A DNA stretch of 64,000 nt from Eledone cirrhosa (GCA_964016885.1 OZ024759.1:13206001-13270000), one strand, 5' to 3'. Positions 12,873-26,030 are shown, numbered from the stretch's first letter. Made by a program: numbers and translations. Notes: generated by a model from the sequence alone, not told the origin.

Positions 12873-13284
12873 TAAAATTGAAGACTAAAATCCAAAGAGG
12901 GCTCGATAAGGAAAATATATATCAGATATATAAGAACCGAAGAGCAAATATTTATTAAAATAACAGATTAAAGTTTAAGCAAAGAATCGCTGCTTTCACC
13001 CTTAACGGGATCTTCTGAAACTAACAAAGTCAATCTGTAAACGCAGAACTGGATATTTCAAAAACGTTGCAACCGGAGGAAGACAGGAAGACGATACTTT
13101 GGTTCGTGGTAACGTTCGCTGGCAAAGAACGGGAAAAAACGAATAATACGTCATTAATAGGAGCGGTGAAAAGCATTTACGTGCAAAGACAGAACCACGT
13201 TTATGGTATAAAAGAGGTCGTAGACTAATATTCTCTAAGTGGTCAGCGATTCTTTGCTTAAACTTTAATCTGTTATTTTAATTA

Positions 13285-13316
<32 letters not shown>

Positions 13317-13346
13317 AGATCAAAAGATGGTTAAAAGAGTTCCAAG

Positions 13347-13417
13347 TATTTTATTATGCGCCTTTCAAAAACAAATATCATCATGGGATGATATCTGCGT
13401 TTTCATCAGATAAAATA
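13347..13417 (-). ncRNA. Type I hammerhead motif
   Basis: Minus: tattttat-CTGATGA-long hairpin (gatatcatc/gatgatatt)-GAAA-ggcgca-TA-ataaaata. Confidence 0.65.
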
Positions 13418-13456
13418 GGGATACATGATATGAACTTATATTATTTATACTCCAGT

Positions 13457-13647
13457 CGGTGGATTGGCAGTATCGGTAGAGGGTTGAACGCCATGCTTTG
13501 ACGCATAGAGTTACGGCCCTTGCCATTCTGAGTTCAAATCCCGCCGAGGTTAACTTTGCCTTTCATCCTTACGGGGTCGATAAAATAAAGTTCCAGTAAT
13601 CTACTGGGTAATTGCTGGCCTTGGGCCAAAAAGTAGAAACAATTATT
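13457..13647 (+). mobile_element. Near full-length tRNA-derived SINE
   Basis: Head ggtggattggcagtatcggtagag, B-box, core, tail; flanked by duplicated attatttatactccagtc. Confidence 0.85.
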
Positions 13648-13729
13648 TATACTCCAGTCCTATAAACTGTAGAGTGCTACTTATCCGATATTTGCATTGC
13701 TTTATTGTGCTACAATAAAACTCACCTCC

Positions 13730-13767
<38 letters not shown>

Positions 13768-13770
<3 letters not shown>

Positions 13771-14308
13771 GAATAATCGAGTATCGAAAAATCGGCTCAC
13801 GAGTTCACGATAAACAAATTCGACATGAGTGGCAGAGGGCTCAATAATTCAGATAAATCAGAGCTATAACTATCGTTAAAAAACCAACACACAAAGATTA
13901 TGTCTAAAATCACCCATACGACCGAAAAATTACGATCAGGAAGATTCGGGTCACTCAGATAAAATATCAATAAATCAATAAATCATATGAATGTAAAAAG
14001 CTTACCCGGACCCACTAGAAAGATGGTAAATCTAGCTTCTTGGGTTTCTGTAATTCCTTAATCCGCCCCCTATCAGCCCACATAAAAATATATAAGACTT
14101 CTAGAGAGCGGCGGACGGGAATACTTTATCAACGGGCTTTGTCCAAACGAATATATATATATACAGAGAGAGAGAGAAGGTGAAATAGGAAATAGCACGG
14201 AAAATATATTCTAGGGTTTGTTTTTCTTTTTTTTCCTGTCTTTGATTCATCAAAGTGACATTATTGAAAAAATGAGAGGGACAATTCTTTAAAAAAAGAG
14301 TTTTATAA

Positions 14309-14344
<36 letters not shown>

Positions 14345-14943
14345 GGAATGAGTAGGTCCCCGACGGCTGAGCTCAAGCCGTTTCGACGGCTAATTCTGGA
14401 CTCATTTATATATATATATATATATATATACAAGTAAATAATCGAGAATCAGAATCTCGGCCCACGAAATAACGCTTAAACAATCTTCGACATGTGTGGC
14501 AGAGGGCTCAATAGTTTGGATGAACCAGAGCTATAACTATCGTTAAAATACCAACACATAGAGACGATGCCTAGAATCATTTGCACAGCCGAAAAAAATG
14601 ACCAGGAAAATTCGGGTCACTCACTCAAATAATAAATTAATAAATTAATAAATTAAATGAATGTAAAAACTCACCCGGACCCGCTAGAAGGATGTTAAAT
14701 TCTAGCTTTTTGGGTTTCTGCAGTTCCTTAATCAATTACTGTCAGCCCACATAAAAAAATATATCTGACTTCTAGTAAAGAGATGAACGTGGAAACTGCT
14801 TTGTCAGCGGATGTTTCGTTCAAAAATACAGGGGGACCCGTTACTGAACGCACGTGTAGTCCAGCAAGGGAGGGAACTCCTATATTTGGCGAAAGAATTC
14901 AGTAAGTCTAAATTTTGTAAGAATACAAAAAATCACATATCGA
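13768..14943 (-). mobile_element. Two diverged copies of an unclassified (TA)n-inserted element
   Basis: 13768-14155 and 14431-14943 share gtggcagagggctcaata, cagagctataactatcgttaaaa, acccggaccc and cagcccacataaaa blocks. Confidence 0.6.
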
Positions 14944-15167
14944 ATATATATATATATATATATAAATATATATTTGGAGATAGACCCCCATAACCATATA
15001 TATTCTGAAACTACATTGCCCAGGGTACTTGGATAGGTGTATTTCATTTTAATCAAAGGGTTCCCCGGGGGCACAAACCCCCGCTGAAAATGTTTTCGCT
15101 TCGATTTATATGAAATTTAAACCATAGGTAAATGACAAGATATGATGCCTATTCACAAAAAGTTTTA

Positions 15168-15358
15168 ATAATAATTGTTTCTACTTTAGGCACAAGGCCA
15201 GCAATTACCCAGTTCATTACTGGTACTTTATTTTATCGACCCCGTAAGGATGAAAGGCAAAGTTAACCTCGGCGGGATTTGAACTCAGATCGTAAAGGGA
15301 CGTAACTATGCTGGAAAGCATGGCGTCCGACCCTCTACCGATACTGCTAATCCACCGC
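15168..15358 (-). mobile_element. Full-length tRNA-derived SINE
   Basis: Reverse complement of the 23680-23880 SINE. Confidence 0.85.
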
Positions 15359-15369
15359 TCTAAAAGTTT

Positions 15370-16040
15370 TAATAATAATAATAATGAAATATTGTGTACA
15401 GTGCTCAGGTGCACTACAACTCATAAAAAAGTGTATGTATAGTACATAGGGTAATATACAAACGTCAGGAAAATGAACAGTGCATGAGTCATGATATACA
15501 CATGTGTGCATGTGTATGGAAGGGGGACATGAGGTGTAGTTTTGGCGAATTTCGGGAAGCATGAGTGTCTTAAAGGATGCAGTGTCTCGGCAGCTAACAA
15601 CTGACGCAGGCAGTTTGTTCCATGGAGGTTTTAAAGGATGCAGTGTCTCGACAGCTAACAACTGACGCAGGCAGTTTGTTCCATGGAGGTTTTAAAGGAT
15701 GCAGTGTCTCGACAGCTAACAACTGACGCAGGCAGTTTGTTCCATGGAGGTTTTAAAGGATGCAGTGTCTCGACAGCTAACAACTGACGCAGGCAGTTTG
15801 TTCCATGGAGGTTTTAAAGGATGCAGTGTCTCGACAGCTAACAACTGACGCAGGCAGTTTGTTCCATGCTTCAGCAACTCTGAGCGTGAAAAAGATGTTT
15901 CCGAAAGTCATGGGAGCTGTGCTGTTTTCTGATTTTGTAGGCATGTCCACGTGTGTTAGACACATGGAGATCAAAAAGGTGCTCAGGGTTGTTGTTGGCG
16001 AGATGGTTAATAACTTTGTGGGTGTTTACCAAGTCCATTT
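15370..16040 (-). mobile_element. CR1-type LINE 3' fragment with 61-bp tandem amplification
   Basis: FFTLRVAEAWNKLPASVV motif; about 5 copies of a 61-bp unit; (att)n tail. Confidence 0.85.
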
Positions 16041-16291
16041 CAATTGATATTTTGAAAAAAATTAATTACAAGAAACAAAATAAGAATAAGATTTAATAAT
16101 GTAATTTTGATTTGATAAATTACAAACAAATATGTTTTCCAATTTTTCACGCATTACATTTTACATTGAGTAATATTGAAATGCAGAGTTTTTCTCCATA
16201 AAGTATATCACTGATTTAAAATCAATCATCATTTTCTTACAAAAAAAAAAAAAATGTGTGAAATGCAGCAAGGTGCGGGTAATTCGGCTAG

Positions 16292-16334
<43 letters not shown>

Positions 16335-16627
16335 GAAGGCAGTGTGGTAAGGAACTAGGTGGACCATAACAGACTAGAGTACTCGATACTTGGGGTCAAT
16401 TTTTATTTCTTTTTTCTAAATTTTTGATAAGGTCTTTCTGATACCTGAAATACCTGGGAATTACGTCACAGGTACACTTGTCTGTGGAATGTTGTGAAGA
16501 TAGTAAAATGTAGTTATACATAGTTATATAATCATCACCTAAATTTATGGTCTTCTGCCTAAATTAGTTTCAGTGTGACCCTGTTCCTGACGAGGCTGTG
16601 TATGTGTGTGTGTGAAACTGTGTCTCA

Positions 16628-17680
16628 TTATCATCATCACACTGTTTAACGTCCATTCTTCTACACTGGCATGGGTTAGACTAGTTGGCCCATTGTGAGA
16701 CAAGACTGTTCGAAGGACCGTGTCTTGCTCATACAGAACTGTTTCTGGCTTGGTTTCTACAGCTGGATGCCCTTCCTAATGCCAACCTCATTTACAGTAT
16801 GGACTGGGTGCTTTTTAGCATGACTCCTACTCAACCACTTTACAGCGTGGACTGGGAGCCTTTTGTCATGACACCTACACTACCACTTTACAGTGTGGAC
16901 TGGGTGCCTTTTGTCATGACACCTACACTACCACTTTACAGTGTGGACTGGGTACCTTTTGTCATGACACCTACACTACCACTTTACAGTGTGGACTGGG
17001 AGCCTTTTGTCATGACACCTACACTACCACTTTACAGTGTGGACTGGGAGCCTTTTGTCATGACACCTACACTACCACTTTACAGTGTGGACTGGGTGCC
17101 TTTTGTCATGACACCTACACTACCACTTTACAGTGTGGACTGGGAGCCTTTTGTCATGACACCTACACTACAACTTTACAGTGTGAACTGGGTACCTTTT
17201 GTCATGACACCTACACTACCACTTTACAGTATGGACTGGGTGCCTTTTGTCATGACACCTACACTACCACTTTACAGTGTGGACTGGGTACCTTTTGTCA
17301 TGACACCTACACTACCACTTTACAGTGTGGACTGGGTGCCTTTTGTCATGACACCTACACTACCACTTTACAGTGTGGACTGGGTGCTTTTTGTTGTGAC
17401 ACCTACATGACCACTTTATAGTGTGGACTGGGTGATTTTTCCCATGACACCTACATGACCACTTTACAGTGTGGGCTGGGTGCTTTTTGTCGTGACACCT
17501 ACATGACCACACTTTAATATGTGGACTGAGTGCTTTTTGTTGTGATACATACAGAACCACTTTATAGTGTGGGTTGGGTGCTTTTTACCATGATGCCTAC
17601 ATGAACACTTTACAGTGTGGGCTGGGCGTTATTTGTTGTCACCACTTTACATGGTGGACTGGGCACTCATTGTCATCAGA
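16628..17680 (-). repeat. RTE-tail module containing a 48-bp minisatellite
   Basis: Unit ctaccactttacagtgtggactgggtgccttttgtcatgacacctaca repeated about 17 times. Confidence 0.9.
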
Positions 17681-17784
17681 AGTCTCCACTGCTATCGGTT
17701 TGACCACAAACCTGTCAGAGTGCAACTGATATTTTGAGAGTAATACATATATTTAAATGATATTTTGGTTATTGCTTGACTAAC

Positions 17785-17985
17785 AAGTCTGGTGAACAGA
17801 TAGGGCTAGAGTCGGATCTATAGCCTTAATATAGAATCTGAGCCGCCCATCTGTGAAACAGTTGTAGATATCTATAATCAATAAAGGCCTTAATGTGAAA
17901 CCTCTCTTTGTTTTCAATATATACACTCTGGCTAAGCATAGAGTGCTGGTTTTGTACCTTCCACATAAACCACAAATCTGAACCA
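17785..17985 (+). mobile_element. PLE-like pLTR remnant with degenerate hammerhead
   Basis: CTGGTGA-acagat..gggc/gcccatctgt-GAAA-cagttg-TA, AATAAA, gagtgct, then (TA)n. Confidence 0.55.
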
Positions 17986-18005
17986 TATATATATATATCT
18001 GAACC

Positions 18006-18038
<33 letters not shown>

Positions 18039-18080
18039 CATACATATACATATATCTATATCTATAACTATCTCTCTCTC

Positions 18081-18118
<38 letters not shown>

Positions 18119-18245
18119 AACATACATATACATATATATATATATAAATATATATATATATCTTTCTATATATATATACACATACATACATACATATACA
18201 TATATATATATATCTTTCTATATATATACACATACATACATATAC

Positions 18246-18301
<56 letters not shown>

Positions 18302-18594
18302 TTCTATATATATATACACATACATACATACATATACATATATATCTATATATATCTATCTCTCTCTCTTTCTATATATATATACTCATACACACATACA
18401 CATATATATATATATATTAGGTATAGGATTATCCTGGATGCAGTAATGGTTAATTACTACACTGGATAGAGTTGACGTACGGTGAGAGGTTACTCAACGA
18501 GTTGAACTTAGTTCCTGATCCTTCTGTATTCCAGAGTGTAGATAAAGAATGAATAATAACAGGTAGACATCATAAAAAGTTAATTTATTCTGTG

Positions 18595-18706
18595 TGCTTA
18601 CAAATGTTTCCACGGTGGTTATACAGCCTAGTTATGCTATGAGCAAATTTATAACTATTTGCAAAACTCAATTATCAAATGCTGTGACCACTGTATCATC
18701 AGAGCA
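18595..18706 (-). ncRNA. Type I hammerhead motif with long stem II
   Basis: Minus: tgct-CTGATGA-t-acagtggtcacagc...gctgtataaccaccgtg-GAAA-catttg-TA-agca. Confidence 0.7.
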
Positions 18707-19222
18707 GAATGGTTAAAATGTACAATATAAATACCCTTAAGTGAGGTTATTGGGGAAGATAGAGTAGAAAAGGAAGAGAGAAAAGAAGGGGAGAGGGAGA
18801 GAGAGAGATATGCAGGGGTTGGAGAAATGGGAGAGAGTGGTTTGTAGAATACAGATATCTTAATCAAAATGTTGTGGTAGGGGTTTTATTATACTGGTTA
18901 CTCTTAAAGCGACCACTTAAGTGATGGATGCGTTGGTAGTCAAGGTTGGGATTATTTATTGCCCCAGAGGGCAGGTTCATAGATGTGGAGAGGGAGGGAG
19001 GTGGACCTAGGATGAGAGAGAGAGTGTGTGGAATGGATAGAGAGGGAGAGATAGAGAGGGGACAGACGAAAGCTATGGGGTGGGTGTACATTGGGTTCAT
19101 AGTAGTAATCTGCGAATTGCACTAAGTTTCCATTTATAGTGATAAGCAGGGTATTGTCTTGTAGTGTGGGGAAAGAGAAAATGGTTAGCTAGAAAGCAAT
19201 GTTATAGTTATGGGTTCGAATG

Positions 19223-19451
19223 TTAAGTTATTTTATAGTGAGAGAATTTAGCCTTCAGTTTGTGGTTGCAGTATAATGATCGTTCGATTCTATTATTTAG
19301 TAATTTATTTTTGGATTTTAAGATGTAAAAGAGTTCAAGGTTACATAACCTGCAGTACTTCAATCCACTCCGATATGCACTAGCGCTGGAAAGTAAATCC
19401 CATTTCAAGGTGAACTGTTGGTTGCGTTCACGGAGTTGCCAGGTCTTGTTG

Positions 19452-19455
<4 letters not shown>
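19223..19455 (-). pseudogene. C-terminus of PLE GIY-YIG endonuclease
   Basis: TWQLRERNQQFTLKWDLLSSASAYRSGLKYCRLCNLELFYILKSKNKLLNNRIERSLYCNHKLK: KW, CxLCxxE, LLN.R and CxH motifs. Confidence 0.75.
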
Positions 19456-19511
<56 letters not shown>

Positions 19512-19514
<3 letters not shown>

Positions 19515-19843
19515 TCATCATCATCATTTAACGTCCGCTTTTCCCTGCTTGCAAGGGTGTGTCGGCAACTGATTCTGGCTTGATTTCTACAGCTGGATGC
19601 CCTTCCTAACACCAACCTCATTTACAGTGAGTGCTGGGTGCTTTTCTGCCGTGGCACCTCCACGTCCACTTTGTAGTGGAATGATAGGGACCCCAGTCCT
19701 ATCGTTTCATTTCTACAGCTGAGTAAACTGGAGCAATGTGAAATAAAGTGTCTTGCTCAAGGAAACAACACATCACCCAGTCTGAGAATTGAACTCACAA
19801 CCTTTCGATTGCAAGGCTCTAACCACTAAGCCATGTGCCTCCA
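19512..19843 (-). mobile_element. Composite SINE: tRNA head, ccttgagcaagacact core, RTE-type tail (second copy plus 50215-50541)
   Basis: ggcttagtggttagagc A-box, gagttcaattc B-box, tail shared with RTE 3'UTR, (gat)n. Confidence 0.8.
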
Positions 19844-20004
19844 TATATATATATATATATATATACGTTTATCCCAGGTTCAATCGGGGGTAACCACAGT
19901 AAGTAAGGTACTCAATCCATAGAGTATATATATTTAATAGAGACTTCTACAATATATATATACACACACGCACACACATACATATATATATATATACATA
20001 CATA

Positions 20005-20062
<58 letters not shown>

Positions 20063-20066
20063 CATA

Positions 20067-20150
<84 letters not shown>

Positions 20151-20154
20151 CATA

Positions 20155-20214
<60 letters not shown>

Positions 20215-20217
<3 letters not shown>

Positions 20218-20905
20218 GGAAAAAATGAAACGATATTTCATTTCCCACTCTTAGTACGGCTGTTACTTAAATATAAGTATGTACACGTACATACATATAT
20301 GTATACAGACGTACAGTAGTATGTATATATATATACATACATGCACACATATATATATGTACGTATGGATTCACCGAACATTTATTATAATGCTCGGTGT
20401 GTTTATAAACAAACATCCCGTATTAAGCTGTAGTGTCTAGCAACCACCGTTGCTCGTTTGTTCAACACTGACAAAGGAACGCTGTACTAGTTTCAAGCTT
20501 GTTAGCTATCTTCAGCAACGTATACCTTCCTGCCAGATTGTTGAACGTATATTAACGGCTGAGTAGCCCAATTTGCATATCGAGTGGGTTAATCGGCCGG
20601 GTTCACCGAAAACGGTAAGTATATACGTTCAACAATCTGGCAGGAAGGTATACGTTGCAGACAATAGCTAACAAGCTTGAAACTAGTACAGCGTTCCTTT
20701 GTCAGTGTTGAACAAACGAGCAACAATGGTTGCTAGACACTACGGCTTAATACAGGATGTTTGTTTATAAACACACCGAGCATTATAATAAATGTTCGGT
20801 GAATCCATACGTGCATATATATATGTGTGTGCATGTATGTATATATATATACATACTACTGTACGTCTGTATACATATATGTATGTACGTGTACATACTT
20901 ATATA
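20215..20905 (-). mobile_element. PLE-like fold-back element with about 280-bp arms
   Basis: Arms about 20272-20550 and 20620-20905; relatives at 58560-59895 and 63115-63285. Confidence 0.75.
20480..20520 (-). ncRNA. Minimal type I hammerhead motif
   Basis: Minus: cgttg-CTGAAGA-t-agct aaca agct-t-GAAA-ctag-TA-cagcg; palindromic ACTAGT stem III; plus-arm copy has a damaged core. Confidence 0.75.
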
Positions 20906-20984
20906 TATATATATATATATACATATACACACATATATATATATACACATATATATACACACATATATATATATATACACATAC

Positions 20985-21015
<31 letters not shown>

Positions 21016-21278
21016 TATATATATACACACACATATATATACACACACATACATATACACACATGTATAATTACACATATATATATTTATACACATACAT
21101 ATATATATACATATTTACATACATATATATAAACACATATATATATACACAGATATATATATATATATATACACACATATATATATATATACATACATAT
21201 ATATACACATACATATATACACATACATATATACACACACATATATATACACATACATATATATATACATATTTATAT

Positions 21279-21387
<109 letters not shown>

Positions 21388-21467
21388 TATATACATACAC
21401 ATATACATGTACCTATACATACATATATACCTATTCACACACACATTTATATACATATATATATATA

Positions 21468-22717
21468 GAATATAGAATGAAAATATTGTGTACAGTGCTC
21501 AGGTGCACTACAAATCATCAAAAGTGTATGTATAGTACATAGGGTAATGTACAAACGTCAGGAAAATGAACAGTGCATGAGTCATGATATACACATGTGG
21601 GCATGTGTATGGAAGGGGGACATGAGGTGTAGTTTTGGCGAATTTCGGGAAGCATGAGTGTCTTAAAGGATGCAGTGTCTCGACAGCTAACAACTGATGC
21701 AGGCAGTTTGTTCCATGGAGGTTTTAAAGGATGCAGTGTCTCGACAGCTAACAACTGATGCAGGCAGTTTGTTCCATGGAGGTTTCAAAGGATGCAGTGT
21801 CTCGACAGCTAACAATTGATGCAGGCAGTTTGTTCCATGGAGGTTTTAAAGGATGCAGTGTCTCGACAGCTAACAACTGATGCAGGCAGTTTGTTCCACG
21901 GAGGTTTTAAAGGATTCAGTGTCTCGACAGCTAACAACTGATGCAGGCAGTTTGTTTCACGGAGGTTTTAAAGGATGCAGTGTCTCGACAGCTAACAACT
22001 GATGCAGGCAGTTTGTTCCACGGAGGTTTTAAAGGATGCAGTGTCTCGACAGCTAACAACTGATGCAGGTAGTTTGTTCCACGGAGGTTTTAAAGGATGC
22101 AGTGTCTCGACAGCTAACAACTGATGCAGGTAATTTGTTCCACGGAGGTTTTAAAGGATGCAGTGTCTCGACAGCTAACAACTGATGCAGGTAGTTTGTT
22201 CCACGGAGGTTTTAAAGGATGCAGTGTCTCGACAGCTAACAACTGATGCAGGTAGTTTGTTCCATGGAGGTTTTAAAGGATGCAGTGTCTCTACAGCTAA
22301 CAACTGATGCAGGCAGTTTGTTTCATGCTTCAGCAACTCTGAGCGTGAAAAAATGTTTCCGAAAGTCATGGGAACTGTGCTGTTTTCTCATTTTGTCGGC
22401 ATGTCCACGTGTGTTAGACACATGGAGAACAAAAAGGGGCTCAGGGTTGTTGTTGGCGAGATGGTTAATAACTTTGTGAGTGTTTACTAAGTCCATTGCC
22501 AGACGTCGGAGCTTTAATGAATCCATGCCCAGGGAAGCAAGGCGTTCAGAGTATGGTAGGTGTCTGATGGAGGGTATGCGCTTGGTTGCACGTCTCTGAA
22601 CAGTTTCCAGGAGGTCAATGTTCTGAGCAAGATAGTGGTTCCAGACTGGTGATGCGAATTCCAAGTGTGGTCGTACCATAGCTGTATACAGCTTTAAATA
22701 GATAGCTGGAGAGTGGC
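21468..22717 (-). mobile_element. CR1-type LINE 3' fragment with about 11 x 61-bp tandem array
   Basis: LYTAMVRPHLEFASPVWNHY...LETVQRRATKRIP...FFTLRVAEA. Confidence 0.9.
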
Positions 22718-22949
22718 TAACATGGCCGTGTAGGTGCCATGGAAAAAAAAAGCACCCAGCAGTCACTGTAAATGAGGTTGGTGTTAGGAAGGACATCCAG
22801 CTGTAGAAATCAAGCCAAAATCAGTTCCCGTATGAGGAAGACAAGGTCACCCGACTTGGCATTGCCCACAACAGGACAACCCGTCTAACTCATGCTAGCG
22901 GGGAAGAATGGGCATTAGACAGTGATGATGATGATGATGATGATGATGA
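22718..22949 (+). mobile_element. RTE-tail module
   Basis: aggttggtgttaggaaggacatccagctgtagaaatcaagcc ... (gat)n. Confidence 0.8.
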
Positions 22950-22975
22950 GACATAGTTTCCTGATGATTGTATAA

Positions 22976-23031
22976 GCATCTGATGAAGTCACATGTAATG
23001 TATAACCATGTTATAGAAATATATATCATGC
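22976..23031 (+). ncRNA. Type I hammerhead motif
   Basis: gcat-CTGATGA-..acatg/catgt..-GAAA-tatata-TC-atgc followed directly by AATAAA. Confidence 0.65.
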
Positions 23032-23534
23032 AATAAAACAATTATGGTGAAGTAACCCTGTCTTAACAACTTTTAATTTAAAACACAGACACAGACACAC
23101 GCACACACATACATACACACACACACACATATATATATGACATTACAAATTGTTCACAACTTTCTCAGAATGAAAATATAAACACAAATTTCTCAATTGG
23201 CTAAGCCATTGCACACTATATTTGTGTGATTTACCTAAAGGTATAAATTGTCTCTTCCTGTTTTGTTGTGTCCCAATGTGCACTAGAATGAAAGGTATCA
23301 ACCATAATTCACCGAAACCATAGTGATTTCCAGGGATTGACTGAGGAGATCGGACTGTCTGTCTTTGAGTTTTTTTTTCATTGGCTTTGTCCTTTGAATT
23401 TATATATTTTAAGCTGTAAATATTTCAAAATATTTGACCAACTTTGGAATAGAAATCTAGCGACCCTGGACCAAGGGAAGCAACTCTGCAAAACAAATAT
23501 CTATTTATTATTTTATTATTTTAAGTATAGTTAT

Positions 23535-24120
23535 GTCCCTTTATGATCTGAGTTCAAATCCCGCCGAGGTTAACTTTGCCTTTCATCCTTACGGGGTCGA
23601 TAAAATAAAGTACCAGTAATGTACTGGGTATTTGCTGGCCTTGTGCCAAAAGTAGAAACAATTATTTTATTATTTTAAGGGCGGTGGATTGGCAGTATCA
23701 GTAGAGGGTCGGACGCCATGCTTTCCAGCATAGTTACGTCCCTTTACGATCTGAGTTCAAATCCCGCCGAGGTTGACTTTGCCTTTCATCCTTACGGGGT
23801 CGATAAAATAAAGTACCAGTAATGCACTGGGTAATTGCTGGCCTTGTGCCTAAAGTAAAGACAATTATTTTATTATTTTTAAATCAGTTTATTTATTCAA
23901 AATTAGCATTGGGAAATTACTACAATATTGCTTGTGTAGTCAAATATAGAGTTTGGGGAACAACAACAGAAAAAGTAAGGAAAGTAAAAGAGGGGTGGGG
24001 GTGATATGAGATATATAATTGTTTCTACTATTGGCACAAGGCCAGCAATTACCCCAGTGCATCACTGGTACTTTATTTTATCGACCCCGTAAGGATGAAA
24101 GGCAAAGTTAACCTCGGCAG
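23535..24120. mobile_element. SINE cluster (23535-23672 plus, 23680-23880 plus, 24015-24120 minus)
   Basis: Same tRNA-derived SINE family; further copies near 8640, 26150, 27500, 30725, 40965, 46700, 48437, 48583, 57260, 57428, 57625, 59548 and 63285. Confidence 0.85.
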
Positions 24121-24239
24121 GATATAATATCTCGGGAATTTATTTAAAAGTTAAAAATATATGTAACTGTCATTTAAAATAGAATCACATTCATAAACAG
24201 AAGGAAAGGATTAGGATTGTTAAGGAACAAAAGAAAGAA

Positions 24240-26030
24240 AAGGGGAGAGGTTGACAGGCTGTGCACCTAAGTCAGGGTGGTGTTTCAGCTATGCCCTGTG
24301 GACAAAATGGCAACGGCTTTGCAGTGGACAATGGCCAGCAAGACCTGCTGCATCAGTCACCCCACCTCATGGGACTCCTCATTCTGACAGGCTGCTGTCA
24401 TTCCTATTTTATGGATGAGGTCAGCTGTTAGGGCTCCGAGGACACCTGAGGTCTCAATGTCGATTGGTGCAAAGAGGAAGGGGCTGGACAAGTCCTGATA
24501 TTTGCTTATCTTCCTGTCCTATGCATTGCAGGCCATAATATCGAGGTTTGTGACCAAAGTGATTGGGTTGGAGGCGAAGAACATGTCGCAGCATGTCACA
24601 TCCTAGATAAGTGATTCATCTCGCTGTCTCCACAGTCAAGGCCTGCTGGCTCAAGTTGTGACAAGAAGCCAGCTGTGTCTAGGCTCCTTCTCATTATGTT
24701 GTTCAGAGTGGCATGTCAGGGGAAATGGCCTGTACCAAGGCAGCATGACAGTGGCTGCAAGCCAAACTCGATGGCGACATAAGCAAAATGACATTTGTGT
24801 GGTTCAGACACATGGAAGCAAAGGCGTTGAGCCACTTTGATGAGAGTGTACTCATCATCAAGAAGGATACTGGTTGATGAGGAGGGCACCATGCACTGCT
24901 GCTTGGCTGTGAAGTGGAACGAATGCAAACAAGGCAGTGTTGGTTCAAGCAGGACTCGATCCTCCTAAAGGAAGCCCTACACTTGATGTCATCTCAGTTA
25001 TGTTTGACATTTGTATACTGGGGGTCGGAGAGGCCTTCACCAGTCCAGTTGGCCTGAGCTAGCTGTAATTCTTGAGTCATGTCAGGTTCTGTCATCTTGC
25101 TGAGGACCTCGTTGATGTGTGACTGGAGGAGATTAAGGAGGGGAAGACCAGCAGTGCCAGATCTGATGCAGATCAGAGGCCAAGGCCACTGTACCTAACG
25201 AGGAGGTTTGCCTGTTTCCAGCTAGCCCTGTCAAAACTATCATTGCAGATGAGTTCCACACAGCATTGGATGGTAGCACCAAGTTCACCGAGGCGAACTG
25301 TGAGAAGATGACAATGCGCACCATGCAGGGTGAACAAGAATTTAGGAAAGGTGAAGCAGTTTCTCTGGAGGAAGAGCGCTGGATGCACGTCAATGAGGCA
25401 CAACCTCTCTGTCATGCTTGACAGATCTGCATACTTGGTCCCCTGGCACTCTCATATAGCTTTTGAGAGAATTGGTCAGCTGATAATGCAAACGGTGTCT
25501 TTTTGTGTTAGCCGAGCCCCGGGCAAGATGGGATGGATACTAAGTATGGTGCTGTAGAATCAACATCTGTCTCTCCATCTCTCCATTCATCCAGTCTACC
25601 TATCTAGCTGTATATCTATCTTCCAATTCCTTTCGAAGAAGCGGGCTCCTTTTGTGAGAAGATCCATCTGCTGCCAACACCCTTCAAATGGAAGAGCGCT
25701 GGATGCACGTCAATGAGGCACAACCTCTCTGTCATGCTTGACAGATCTGCATACTTGGTCCCCTGGCACTCTCATATAGCTTTTGAGAGAATTGGTCAGC
25801 TGATAATGCAAACGGTGTCTTTTTGTGTTAGCCGAGCCCTGGGCAAGATGGGATGGATACTAAGTATGGTGCTGTAGAATTCAGTCTCACTGTAGCTTAC
25901 GTTTATCATTGGAAGTCTGAGGGTCGTGTTGACCAGGTACCAGGCATTAAAGGGCAACCAGGCAGAGTGGGTAACATCATCGTTGACCAGTGCAAAGTGG
26001 AGCAGGTGGATTGGGTCTCCTTGCTGGACT
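24240..26030 (-). pseudogene. Decayed RLE-type (CRE-clade-like) non-LTR retrotransposon
   Basis: Minus: VQQGDP..FAL..NAWYL (RT), LIDVHPALFLQRNCFTFPKFLFTL, PSSSTSILLDD...EPHKC...PLSC (Zn-knuckle region); many stops; about 190-bp internal duplication. Confidence 0.75.

Larger units (their letters stand above)
18417..19455 (-). mobile_element. 5'-truncated Penelope-like retroelement (end of ORF, 3'UTR, pLTR with hammerhead)
   Basis: ORF end plus hammerhead at 18595-18706 and AATAAA; both ends in (TA)n. Confidence 0.8.

Noticed and set aside
16685-17410. 241-aa repeat protein
   Set aside because: 48-bp tandem repeat inside a retroelement tail
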